Assembly (NCBI GenBank): GCA_948467605.1
Contig: CAOKET010000002.1
Coordinates: forward strand, 14,410-78,409
DNA from: an uncultured Mycoplasmatota bacterium
GTDB taxonomy: Bacteria > Bacillota_I > Bacilli_A > RF39 > UBA660
Direction: 5' to 3'
DNA: 64,000 bases
Part shown: positions 37,103 to 46,835 of the stretch, piece by piece
How positions within the stretch are numbered: the first letter of the stretch is position 1
Layout: every line of letters begins with the position of its first letter
The notes under the pieces: generated by a model
What the model saw: only the letters and a program-made list of their open reading frames with translations
Told to the model about the DNA's origin: nothing
The model's database searches: none
Program-made: the position numbers and the translations under genes

Positions 37103-38365
37103 TTAACTATATGTCTTCATTTTAATATTTCTTCCTGTTAATTTATTTATAAATCTTAATTTCATAGTTTGATATGTATAATTAGTAACTGGTATATCAT
37201 TATCTCTTAAGTAATCAATAAACCCTTGTTTTTCTTCCTTAGTTATTAACCTCTCTTCACCATTTACTAATACACGATTTTGAGCATTTAACTCTTTTTT
37301 TTCGTTAAACGGTGCTTTTTTTATAAAATGGTAACTCTTCGATAAAACAACTCTTAAATTAAGTATTTGCGATTCTTTTTCTAGTGATTTTGATGCAGAT
37401 GTAACAAAGTATTTTGGATCTGTTTTTGCAATCATATAATAATCTAATATATCAAATTCTCTTATATAATCTTGCTCATCTACTCCACTTTCAATCATTT
37501 TTTCCATTTGAAGTGCCAATGCTGCATATTTTTCACTTTCTAAAGTTTTATTTCTATTTAATAATTCTATATATTCATTGTGCATTTCTAAGCTATATTT
37601 TTTGATTCTTAATAAAATAATCTCAATTTCTTTTTCTTCTATATTATGAGTTTTACGATATGTATATATACTGTTACCGCTTTTGATTATATTCTCTATC
37701 AACTCTATTTCTTCTTGTGGTTTTTTTGGTTCTTGTGGTTTTTTTGGTTCTTGGGTTTTTATATTTGAAGGTCTATTTGTGTTAAGCATGCGTTCATGAA
37801 ATTCTATATATTTTTCTAATTTATTTAATAAAAATATTCTTTTTGATTCATCAAAGTCAGTTAATATATGTTCTTTTAATATTCGTATGCTTACTCTTTT
37901 TTCAAAATAATACTGAAAAACTTTTATTTCATCTTCCTCATACAGTCTATTTATTAGTTTATTATATATTTTATCAAATCCTAAAGTTTGTTTTCTTAAT
38001 CCTATATCCGATTCTTTTTCTTCTAATAAGTGCTTATGTTTTTTTCTTTCCTCATCTGATGCATATGATCTTAAATATTTTGTAATTATAGTACTATGCA
38101 TATGATTGATTGTTTCTAATTCATATTTCATTACAATTTGCATTACATCCTCATTATTTTTTACTGCTTCTAGGTATTCATCAAATATTTGCTTTAATCT
38201 CAGACCTTCAATATCCTTTTTTAAACTTCTAAGAATTTCCAATACACTTTTATAATTTTTATTTGAAATATCTTCTTCATACTTTGATTTTATTTCATCA
38301 GACGAGGTTGATTTTAGTAGTTCTTCATATTTTTTTAATAAATCTATTTTTGTATATCCTTTCAT
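37103..38365 (-). CDS. Hypothetical protein with an internal PKKPQE tandem repeat
   Basis: An 18-bp tandem repeat at 37724-37759 encodes EPKKPQEPKKPQ. Otherwise helical, with no family recognised. Confidence 0.45.
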   Translation of the reverse strand: MKGYTKIDLLKKYEELLKSTSSDEIKSKYEEDISNKNYKSVLEILRSLKKDIEGLRLKQIFDEYLEAVKNNEDVMQIVMKYELETINHMHSTIITKYLRSYASDEERKKHKHLLEEKESDIGLRKQTLGFDKIYNKLINRLYEEDEIKVFQYYFEKRVSIRILKEHILTDFDESKRIFLLNKLEKYIEFHERMLNTNRPSNIKTQEPKKPQEPKKPQEEIELIENIIKSGNSIYTYRKTHNIEEKEIEIILLRIKKYSLEMHNEYIELLNRNKTLESEKYAALALQMEKMIESGVDEQDYIREFDILDYYMIAKTDPKYFVTSASKSLEKESQILNLRVVLSKSYHFIKKAPFNEKKELNAQNRVLVNGEERLITKEEKQGFIDYLRDNDIPVTNYTYQTMKLRFINKLTGRNIKMKTYS

Positions 38366-38434
38366 AGTTTCTTCCCCCTTTTTAACTTGATATATAATAT
38401 CATAGTTTAAAAAAAAATAAAAGAGAATTTTCTT

Positions 38435-40318
38435 TTATTTTGAAATTAATTCACAAATAATATTACTTATTTCAGTTGGATTTTCTATTGTAAGCCCTTC
38501 TATTAATCTTGCTTGTGAATATAAAATTTTAGTATATTTATCAAATGTATCTTTATCTTCTTTATATAGTTTTATTAATTTTTCTGCAATTGGATGGTTT
38601 TCATTTATTTCTAATATTGTTTTTGCATGTATTTTTTCATCTGTTGGCATAGCATTTATAACTTTTTCCATCTCAATAGATATATCTCCTTCTGTAGTTA
38701 AACATAGTGGATGATTTTTTAATCTATTTGTAAATCTTACACTTTCTATTTTATCTTTTAATACTTCTTTCATACTAGATAACATATCTTTATTTTTGTT
38801 ATTTATTTTTTCTAGTTTTTCTTTTTCTTTAGCATCTCCTAAGTTTACATCTTTTGAGCAAATATTAACAAAGTTTTTATTTTCATAGTTCATTAAAGTT
38901 TTTATAACAAATTCATCTACATATTCAGTTAAGTATAAAATATCATAACCTTCATCTTTAACTTGTTCAACTTGTGGTAACATATCTATTTTATCAACAG
39001 TTTCACCACATGCGTAATATATTACTTCTTGTCCTTCATTTATTTGTTCAATATATTCTTTTAAAGTAATATAATCTTTTTTGTTTGATGAGTAGAACAT
39101 TAATAAATCTTGTAACTTTTCTTTATTCATTCCATAGTCATTATAAATTCCATATTTGATTTGTGTTCCAAAAGTTTTAAAGAATTTTTGATATTCTTCT
39201 CTATTATCATTTAACATATCAAGCAACTCTTTTTTAATTTTAGTTTCTATGTTTTTAGCGATTATTTGTAATTTTCTATCTTGTTGTAACATTTCTCTTG
39301 AAATATTTAATGAAAGATCTGGACTTTCTACTATACCCTTTACAAAATTAAAGTAATCTGGTAATAGTTCACTACATTTATCCATTATCAATATATCATT
39401 TGAATATAGTTGTAATCCTTTCTCATATTCTTTTGAGTATAAATCGTATGGAGCATGATTTGGTATAAATAAGATTGATGTATATGTACAATTTCCTTCT
39501 ACTGATGTGTGCATTACTTTCATTGGCTTTTCATAATCATAGAATTTATCTGTATAAAAATTCGAATATTCTTCTTCTGTTATTTCATTTTTATTTTTTT
39601 TCCATATTGGAGTCATACTATTTAAAGTATTATCTTCTATAACAGTTTCGTATTCATCTTTAGATCCTTCTTTTAATACTCTATTTTCTACTTTCATAAT
39701 TATTGGATATCTAATATAATCCGAATATTTTTTTACTATACTTCTAATTTTGTATTCTTCTAAATAATCACTATATTTTACATCTTCAGTATCATCTTTT
39801 ATGTTAAGTGTTATAGTAGTACCATTAGTATCCTTAGTTGCTTCTTCTATAGTATATCCATCTTCTCCACTAGATTTCCAAAGATATGCCTTATCACTAC
39901 CATAACTTTTAGATAATACCTCAATACTTTTACTTACCATAAATGCAGAGTAAAATCCGACACCAAATTGTCCAATTATATTTACATCTTCTTGTTCTTC
40001 ATTCTCTTGTTTAAATGCTAGGGATCCACTTTTAGCAATAGTACCTAGATTATTTTCTAGTTCACTATCTGTCATACCACAACCATTATCTGATATAACG
40101 ATTTTTCTATTTTCTTTATCAATATCTATCCTTATATTTAACTCATCTTTAGATATACTTATATTTTTTTCTGTAAGTGATTTGTAGTATAATTTATCAA
40201 TCGCATCACTTGCATTTGAAATAAGTTCTCTTAAAAATATATCTTTATTTGTATATATAGAATTTATCATTAAATCAAGTAATCTTTTTGATTCTGCTTT
40301 AAATTCTCTTTTTTTCAT
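38435..40318 (-). CDS. htpG: Chaperone HtpG (Hsp90)
   Basis: FLRELISNASDAIDKL (Hsp90 signature), IGQFGVGFYSAFMV. 627 aa. Confidence 0.95.
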   Translation of the reverse strand: MKKREFKAESKRLLDLMINSIYTNKDIFLRELISNASDAIDKLYYKSLTEKNISISKDELNIRIDIDKENRKIVISDNGCGMTDSELENNLGTIAKSGSLAFKQENEEQEDVNIIGQFGVGFYSAFMVSKSIEVLSKSYGSDKAYLWKSSGEDGYTIEEATKDTNGTTITLNIKDDTEDVKYSDYLEEYKIRSIVKKYSDYIRYPIIMKVENRVLKEGSKDEYETVIEDNTLNSMTPIWKKNKNEITEEEYSNFYTDKFYDYEKPMKVMHTSVEGNCTYTSILFIPNHAPYDLYSKEYEKGLQLYSNDILIMDKCSELLPDYFNFVKGIVESPDLSLNISREMLQQDRKLQIIAKNIETKIKKELLDMLNDNREEYQKFFKTFGTQIKYGIYNDYGMNKEKLQDLLMFYSSNKKDYITLKEYIEQINEGQEVIYYACGETVDKIDMLPQVEQVKDEGYDILYLTEYVDEFVIKTLMNYENKNFVNICSKDVNLGDAKEKEKLEKINNKNKDMLSSMKEVLKDKIESVRFTNRLKNHPLCLTTEGDISIEMEKVINAMPTDEKIHAKTILEINENHPIAEKLIKLYKEDKDTFDKYTKILYSQARLIEGLTIENPTEISNIICELISK

Positions 40319-40356
40319 TCATCTCATCCTTTCAGTTGATTTTACCAACTAATATT

Positions 40357-40398
40357 GTTATACTACAATAAATAGCACTTGTCAAGTGCGAGTGCCAG
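40357..40398 (-). promoter_or_regulatory. htpG promoter (-35 TTGACA, 17-nt spacer, -10 TATAAC) overlapped by a CIRCE-like inverted repeat
   Basis: aTAGCACTt-gtcaagtgc-GAGTGCcAg at 40372-40398, against the CIRCE consensus TTAGCACTC-N9-GAGTGCTAA (14/18 matches, exact 9-nt spacer). The -35 lies inside the element. RBS AAGGATGAG follows. Confidence 0.45.
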
Positions 40399-40400
40399 CC

Positions 40401-40430
40401 AAAAAAAACATAACTAATACTTATTAGTTA
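40401..40430 (-). terminator. Intrinsic terminator of the upstream hypothetical gene
   Basis: AACTAATA-ct-TATTAGTT hairpin, followed on the minus strand by a U8 run. Confidence 0.5.
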
Positions 40431-40470
40431 TATCTTGTTTTATCTAACATTTCTTTATATAATTTGCAAT

Positions 40471-41148
40471 TTAAAATTTACATATTACATACCTTTTTAT
40501 ACTATTTTGTTGTTTTCCTTTAACATAGTCTTTATCTATAATTACATTATCTAGGTGGTCCATATTTATTGACCCTCGAAATATTTTTCTCTCATTTTTA
40601 CACATTGCACGAAATTCTTTATATTCTTCACTTGTAAGTGTCAGTCCATTATTTGTCCTATTTTGTAATATATTAATAGACTTTACTAAACTTGAATTAA
40701 ATAAATCTATTATATTATGAAAATCTTTATAATTTGTTCTTAATGGTATATAGTTTACTTGTGTTTCAATTCTCATAGTTGATGCTTGTATTAATGTAGA
40801 TGCAGAGTGTTCTATTGCTCTTGCATTGTATAGTGAGTCATACATATCCATATTAGTTTCTTGCAAGTTTAATATTATTTTATCAAAACCTAGATTTATT
40901 ATTTTATTTATTTCACTTTTTGATATGTGTTCATATTCACCCTTACTATTTTTCCTTATTCCATTTGTAATAAAACTTAAGTTTATTAAATTACATCTGC
41001 AATATCTAATTATATATAAAAGAGTATCATTATCATAATTCTCTTCATCTATTACTGTTATTTCTTTTATACCTTTGATTCTTTTTATTATGTTTTTAAA
41101 CGTTTCTTGTTCAATTTCACTTGTTTTACAATATATTCTTTTTTGCAT
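40471..41148 (-). CDS. Hypothetical protein (225 aa)
   Basis: ORF only. Confidence 0.4.
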   Translation of the reverse strand: MQKRIYCKTSEIEQETFKNIIKRIKGIKEITVIDEENYDNDTLLYIIRYCRCNLINLSFITNGIRKNSKGEYEHISKSEINKIINLGFDKIILNLQETNMDMYDSLYNARAIEHSASTLIQASTMRIETQVNYIPLRTNYKDFHNIIDLFNSSLVKSINILQNRTNNGLTLTSEEYKEFRAMCKNERKIFRGSINMDHLDNVIIDKDYVKGKQQNSIKRYVICKF

Positions 41149-41209
41149 TTTGCCTCCTAACTGCGTGTATATAATTATAACACATTATATAGAAAAAAGA
41201 GTATGTTTA

Positions 41210-43585
41210 TTACTCTTTTTTACTTCCTTCAAAAGTCCAATTTATTATTTCATCCATATCTACACCATGCTCTTTAATGTATTCTTTGTGTTCAATTAAT
41301 TTTGCATTACACCATTCTTGTAGTGAAGATGCTTTATTGCCTAATATTGTAAGATGTTTTAGTGCTGATAATACTAAGTGATATCTATCTAGTTTATTTT
41401 GAACTCTCATGTCAAATGGAGTAGTGATTGTTCCTTCTTCTTGATAACCATGTACATGTAAATTATTATTGTGTCTATTATAAACTAATTGGTGTATTAA
41501 TGATGGGTATCCATGGAATGCAAATATTATTGGTTTATCTTTTGTAAATATTCCGTCATATTCATCATCTGTTAATCCGTGTGGATGTTTTGTATTAGAC
41601 TCTAATTTCATTAAATCAACTACATTTACCACTCTTACTTTTATATCTTTAAAATTATTTCTTAATATATTAGTTGCTGCTAGGATTTCTATTGTCGGTG
41701 TATCACCACAACATGCCATTACTAAGTCAGGTTCTACATTTGCATCATTGCTAGCCCAATTCCATATTCCTATTCCCTTTGTACAATGTATTACTGCTTC
41801 TTCCATAGATAACCATTGTTCTCTTGGATGTTTGCTTGCCACTATAACATTTATATAATTTTTTGTTTTTAAACAGTGATCAAAACAAGATAATAAACAG
41901 TTAGCATCAGGTGGCAAATACATTCTTACTATATCTGATTTTTTTGTAACTAAGTGATTTAAGAATCCTGGATCCTGGTGTGTGTATCCATTGTGATCTT
42001 GTTGCCAGATATGTGATGTTAATACATAATTTAGTGATGCGATAGGTCTTCTCCACGATAATTCTTTAGTTACTTTTAACCATTTAGCGTGTTGACTTGC
42101 CATTGAGTCTAATAATCTTACGAATGCTTCATAACTGTGTAAGAATCCATGTCTTCCTGTAAGTAAATACCCTTCTAACCAACCTTCACAAGCATGTTCT
42201 GATAAGAAACTATCCATAACTCTTCCATCATTTGATAAAAATTCATCATTGTCGTATTTTTGAGCTATAAATTGGCGACTTGTAGTTTCAAATACATGTG
42301 ATAATCTATTTGATAGAGCCTCATCTGGTCCAAATATTCTAAAGTTTCTAGCACTCTCATTTAGTTTTATAACATCTCTTATATAAGATCCTAAAACTTT
42401 CATATCTTGTGCGATTACATCACCTGGTTTTTGTACATCTAATCCATATTTTCTAAAATCAGGAAGTCTTAATTCTTTTAATATTATTCCACCATTAGCA
42501 TTTTGGTTAGCGCCCATTCTTTTATTTCCTTTAGGAATTAGTGTTTTTAATTCTTCTTTTAATGAACCATTCTCATCAAATAGTTCTTCTGGATGGTAAC
42601 TTTTCATCCAAGTTTCTAATATTTTTAAGTTTTCTTTATGTTCTTTATCAACTGCAATTGGTACTTGATGTGCTCTAAAAGTTCCTTCTACTTCTTTACC
42701 ATCTACTTCTTTTGGCCCTGTCCATCCTTTTTTTGTCTTTAATATTATCATAGGCCACATTGGTCTATCTTGTTCATTATTATTTCTAGCATCTTCTTGT
42801 ATTTTTTTTATTTTTTCTATTGTATAGTCTAATACTGTTGCCATTTTTTGATGAAGAGTCATTTCATCTTCATCACTTACAATAATTGCCTCCCATCCAT
42901 AGCCATACATTAATGATATAAGTTCTTTTTCATCTATTCTTGCTAGCACAGTTGGATTTGAGATTTTATAACCGTTTAAATGTAATATTGGTAAAACTGC
43001 ACCATCTGTCTTTGGATTTAAGAATTTATTTGAATGCCAAGAGGTTGCAAGTGGTCCAGTTTCTGCCTCACCATCACCTACTACACAAGTTGCAATTAAA
43101 TCAGGATTATCAAATACTGCACCAAATGCATGTGATAAACTATATCCTAATTCCCCACCTTCATTTATTGAACCTGGTGTTTCAGGTGCGACGTGTGATG
43201 ATATTCCTCCTGGAAAACTAAACTGCTTAAACAACTTTTTCATTCCTTCTTCATCTTGTGTTATATCTGGATATATTTCACTATAAGTTCCTTCTAAATA
43301 AACGTTAGAAACAATAGAGTTTCCTCCATGCCCTGGTCCAGATATGTAAATCATATTTAAATCATATTTATTTATAACTCTGTTAAGGTGTGTATATATA
43401 AAGTTTTGACCTGGTACAGTTCCCCAGTGACCTACTAACTTCTTTTTTATATCAGTCATCTTAAGTGGTCTTTTTAGAAGTGGATTATCTAGTAAGTATA
43501 GTTGTCCAACTGATAAATAATTACACGCTCTAAAATATTCATCTAATTTACGTAATTCATCTTTTTCTAATTTCATAATTATCAC
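41210..43585 (-). CDS. xfp: Xylulose-5-phosphate/fructose-6-phosphate phosphoketolase
   Basis: 791 aa. N-terminal ...[12 protein letters not shown]...[13 protein letters not shown] and the TPP-binding region are typical of XFP. Confidence 0.95.
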   Translation of the reverse strand: MIIMKLEKDELRKLDEYFRACNYLSVGQLYLLDNPLLKRPLKMTDIKKKLVGHWGTVPGQNFIYTHLNRVINKYDLNMIYISGPGHGGNSIVSNVYLEGTYSEIYPDITQDEEGMKKLFKQFSFPGGISSHVAPETPGSINEGGELGYSLSHAFGAVFDNPDLIATCVVGDGEAETGPLATSWHSNKFLNPKTDGAVLPILHLNGYKISNPTVLARIDEKELISLMYGYGWEAIIVSDEDEMTLHQKMATVLDYTIEKIKKIQEDARNNNEQDRPMWPMIILKTKKGWTGPKEVDGKEVEGTFRAHQVPIAVDKEHKENLKILETWMKSYHPEELFDENGSLKEELKTLIPKGNKRMGANQNANGGIILKELRLPDFRKYGLDVQKPGDVIAQDMKVLGSYIRDVIKLNESARNFRIFGPDEALSNRLSHVFETTSRQFIAQKYDNDEFLSNDGRVMDSFLSEHACEGWLEGYLLTGRHGFLHSYEAFVRLLDSMASQHAKWLKVTKELSWRRPIASLNYVLTSHIWQQDHNGYTHQDPGFLNHLVTKKSDIVRMYLPPDANCLLSCFDHCLKTKNYINVIVASKHPREQWLSMEEAVIHCTKGIGIWNWASNDANVEPDLVMACCGDTPTIEILAATNILRNNFKDIKVRVVNVVDLMKLESNTKHPHGLTDDEYDGIFTKDKPIIFAFHGYPSLIHQLVYNRHNNNLHVHGYQEEGTITTPFDMRVQNKLDRYHLVLSALKHLTILGNKASSLQEWCNAKLIEHKEYIKEHGVDMDEIINWTFEGSKKE

Positions 43586-43674
43586 CCTTTATTATCAATA
43601 TCTATTATAAAATAAAAAAAACATAATATCAATTAAGATACTATATTTATATTTAATTTGACATTTTGTTTATA

Positions 43675-44112
43675 CTATAAATATTCCTTTAAATCCTTTA
43701 TTTGTTTATCTAAAGCAGATTTATATTCTTCGGCTAGTTTTAATATATCATTATCTACTTCATCTTTATAATTTTTAATCTTACTTTCAATCTCAACTAA
43801 TCCCATAGTAACTCCTTCAATTACAGTACGCGCTATACTAGAATCACTATTATCACATTTAACTTCCTTTTTAATACCCATATTAGAACCCATTTTAGCC
43901 ATTATACTAACTCCTTTTGGTTCTAATTTATGTTTTTTTATTATTTTTTCACTTTCTTTTCGGAATTTTTCATATTCCTTTAGTTGTTCCTCAATTAATT
44001 TTTTTATTTTATTATCTTTATCATTTAATTCTTTTAATAATGTGGTAAGTGTATGCACTCCCATTTCACTATTTTGATATAAGTACTCCATTAATTCTAA
44101 ATTTTCGTTCAT
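43675..44112 (-). CDS. Hypothetical helical protein (145 aa)
   Basis: ORF only. Lysine/glutamate-rich, coiled-coil-like. Confidence 0.4.
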   Translation of the reverse strand: MNENLELMEYLYQNSEMGVHTLTTLLKELNDKDNKIKKLIEEQLKEYEKFRKESEKIIKKHKLEPKGVSIMAKMGSNMGIKKEVKCDNSDSSIARTVIEGVTMGLVEIESKIKNYKDEVDNDILKLAEEYKSALDKQIKDLKEYL

Positions 44113-44155
44113 ATTTTTGCCTCCATTTTTATTATTGGCAAAAAATTATATATTA

Positions 44156-44737
44156 TTATAAATTTTTATATATTTCTGGAAATAAATCATATACACTATA
44201 ACCTAACAAATTATCAAAATATTCTTTTAATTTATATGTTTCTTTTATATGATATTGCGTATTTTCGTATGCACCTCTTCTAATCATTATGTCTATTAGC
44301 CTTTTATCTATTGTGTTTACTACATTTGTACACATTAAATCACATAGATTTATTATTTTTTCATATATTGTATATTCGTGGTTTTTAATAAATTCTCTTC
44401 TAAATGGGATATCACTTGGTATTCCTCCTGCGGTACAATTTACATCATTATTCAAGTATGAATGTGTTAAACATATATTATAGTATTTTTCATCATAGCC
44501 AAGATTTTTTAAATAATTATATCCATTCATAACATGTGATTGAAATTCACCAACTAGTTTTCCTATATCATGGATATATCCAAGAGTTCTTGCATATTCT
44601 ACATCAAGATTTAACTTTTCAGCAATTTTAGCAGCACTGTTCCCAACGCAAATTGAGTGATCAATCCAACCATCACTTGCAGTTTTTCCTCTAGCATTAT
44701 CTAACATTTTTAATGCTTCTTCACTTGTCAATTTCAT
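44156..44737 (-). CDS. HD-domain phosphohydrolase (YqeK-like)
   Basis: HSICVGNSAAKIAEKL...GYIHDIGK gives the H...HD metal-binding pattern. At about 190 aa it resembles the YqeK Ap4A-hydrolase class. Confidence 0.55.
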   Translation of the reverse strand: MKLTSEEALKMLDNARGKTASDGWIDHSICVGNSAAKIAEKLNLDVEYARTLGYIHDIGKLVGEFQSHVMNGYNYLKNLGYDEKYYNICLTHSYLNNDVNCTAGGIPSDIPFRREFIKNHEYTIYEKIINLCDLMCTNVVNTIDKRLIDIMIRRGAYENTQYHIKETYKLKEYFDNLLGYSVYDLFPEIYKNL

Positions 44738-44794
44738 TTTGTACCTCCTAGTAAATTATTTTGAAATAATATATCACTTAAATATTGTCCCCTC

Positions 44795-45334
44795 TTAATC
44801 ATTTAATTCATATTCTTTTATTCCACAGTTAGTTGTTCCAAAATTATGTAACATTCCATCTTTAGGAATTTCATTAAAATAAAAATATACACCTCTTGAG
44901 ACTCCACCATGTGTTACTAGTAATATGTTTTTACCTTTATATTTTTCTTTAATCTCATCTATAAAGTTCCTTACTCTTTTGAATAAATCTGGGATAGATT
45001 CTAAACCATCAACTGATGCGGTTGAATAATAATTCCAGTAATCTGTATAGTAAAATTCACCTAAATCTTCATTAGTTAGTTTTCCACAATTTCTTTCCTC
45101 TAATCTTTCATCATAAATTACAGGTATATTATTTTTATTTATAATTTCGCAAGTATGCCTAGTTCTTAATAATGGAGAACATATTATTAAATCAATATCT
45201 AATGATTTAACTTGTTCACTTACTTTTTTTGCTTGTTCTATACCAACTTCATTTATATCTTCGTCTAATGTACCATTATATTTATTTTCTTTATTACAAT
45301 TTGTCTGTCCATGTCTTACTACATATAATTTCAT
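44795..45334 (-). CDS. Histidine phosphatase superfamily (phosphoglycerate-mutase-like) protein
   Basis: VVRHGQTNCN (RHG catalytic motif), plus the second His in VTHGGV. Confidence 0.8.
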   Translation of the reverse strand: MKLYVVRHGQTNCNKENKYNGTLDEDINEVGIEQAKKVSEQVKSLDIDLIICSPLLRTRHTCEIINKNNIPVIYDERLEERNCGKLTNEDLGEFYYTDYWNYYSTASVDGLESIPDLFKRVRNFIDEIKEKYKGKNILLVTHGGVSRGVYFYFNEIPKDGMLHNFGTTNCGIKEYELND

Positions 45335-45353
45335 AGAATCACCCTTTCATATA

Positions 45354-46577
45354 TTATTTTAAGTTCCAATTTTTAAGGTTATACTTTTGACTTTTTTTCA
45401 ATATTTCTATTTGTTTTTTTATTTCTAATATATCATCTTCATTAAATGGTTCAAACTTGTCATAAAATCCTGTAGATTTATTTGGAAAAACTAATGCTTC
45501 TCCAAAGGTTTGTGTTACTGAATTTTTAACTCTTCCGTATAGATGGAGATGAAAAATAGGTTTTTTATTTTTTTGATATGCCCAATTACCATTTTCTTGA
45601 TAGTTTATTTTTTCAATATTTATGCCTCTAATTTTCATTGCTTCTTTCATAGATTCTCCTACTAGCATTGTTAATCTCATTAACTCTATTGCTAATTTTG
45701 GTGTAAAATCACATCTACTTTCAAATAAAGGCGCTTTTGCTCTTATCCAAAGATGACCACCATCTGTTCTTGGGATATGTGGTATTTTAGGCACTGCTAC
45801 TACAAAGTTTTCTGTCTCATAAATTATATTGTCATGAAACCTACTTATATTATTATCTGTGCTTCCATTTTTCAATAATTGATTAAGTTTATCTGGAAAG
45901 TTTACTGTCATACCATCGATGTCCAAATTGTATACCTTTTCCATTATCTCTTCATTATCTATTCCCCATAACCTGATACTTAATCCATTCCTTCTCACTA
46001 ATTCTATATCGCTTTTTGAAATATTATTTGAATTAGGACAAATCTGATTTCCATTTATACTTAATAATTCACTTATTTTATCATTATCTATCTTATCAAC
46101 TAACCATGATATTTTCACATTATTATCTATTTGCCTTATATTTCTTAATACTTCATACTTAAATGATGATATATAAATATTATCATGTTTTTTATATTTA
46201 TTAATTATGTCTAATACTTCTTTTTCTATTCCTAATACTTTTAGTTCTATTGCAAATGTTAGATTTTTGTTTAAAAATTCTTTAGCAAAGTCCTCAAATA
46301 AAACTATATGCTCACCTTCATATTTTTTGTCAAACCAACTTCCAAAATCTAGATTTTTTAATTCCTCATATGTATAATCTTTTAGTTTACCAGTACCATT
46401 TGATTTTTTATCTATTAACTTATCATGAAAAATTACTATTTTTTTGTCTTTCGTCATTTTTAAATCTAACTCTATACCATTTGCTCCTAATTCTATCGCT
46501 TTTTTAAAAGCGGAAAGTGTATTTTCTGGTGCATATGAAGAGGCTCCTCTATGTGCATAATTAATAAAATTAGTCAT
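45354..46577 (-). CDS. Glycerophosphodiester phosphodiesterase (GDPD) domain fused to a C-terminal HIT-like domain
   Basis: N-terminus: YAHRGASSYAPENT...ELDLKMTKD...FHD (GDPD). C-terminus: FVVAVPKIPHIPRTDGGHLWIRAK and HLHLYGR (HIT histidine triad H-phi-H-phi-H-phi-phi). Confidence 0.6.
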   Translation of the reverse strand: MTNFINYAHRGASSYAPENTLSAFKKAIELGANGIELDLKMTKDKKIVIFHDKLIDKKSNGTGKLKDYTYEELKNLDFGSWFDKKYEGEHIVLFEDFAKEFLNKNLTFAIELKVLGIEKEVLDIINKYKKHDNIYISSFKYEVLRNIRQIDNNVKISWLVDKIDNDKISELLSINGNQICPNSNNISKSDIELVRRNGLSIRLWGIDNEEIMEKVYNLDIDGMTVNFPDKLNQLLKNGSTDNNISRFHDNIIYETENFVVAVPKIPHIPRTDGGHLWIRAKAPLFESRCDFTPKLAIELMRLTMLVGESMKEAMKIRGINIEKINYQENGNWAYQKNKKPIFHLHLYGRVKNSVTQTFGEALVFPNKSTGFYDKFEPFNEDDILEIKKQIEILKKSQKYNLKNWNLK

Positions 46578-46779
46578 TACTTTCTCCTAACTTTTCAATA
46601 TTTGATTTGTAAAACTCTTGCTCTTCTTTATCTGTCCAATCAAACATACCATCTCTTACCCATTTTGTTTTATCTATGATTCCAGTATTTCTTAAAGTCT
46701 TATCATGTTTCAAGTATTCTTTTACTAAAAATTCTTCAAAATTTGATATTACATTATCTATGTCTACACCTATTCTCAT
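46570..46779 (-). pseudogene. N-terminal fragment of a 5'(3')-deoxyribonucleotidase (NT5C/HAD) family protein
   Basis: MRIGVDIDNVISNFEEF resembles the NT5C start MKIAIDMDEVLADF. Only 69 aa, overlapping the next gene. An intact paralog-like gene lies at 54653-55219. Confidence 0.35.
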
Positions 46780-46835
46780 TTATTACCACCTTATTTTAAG
46801 TATATCATAAACTAAAAAAAAGACCTAAGTCTTTA

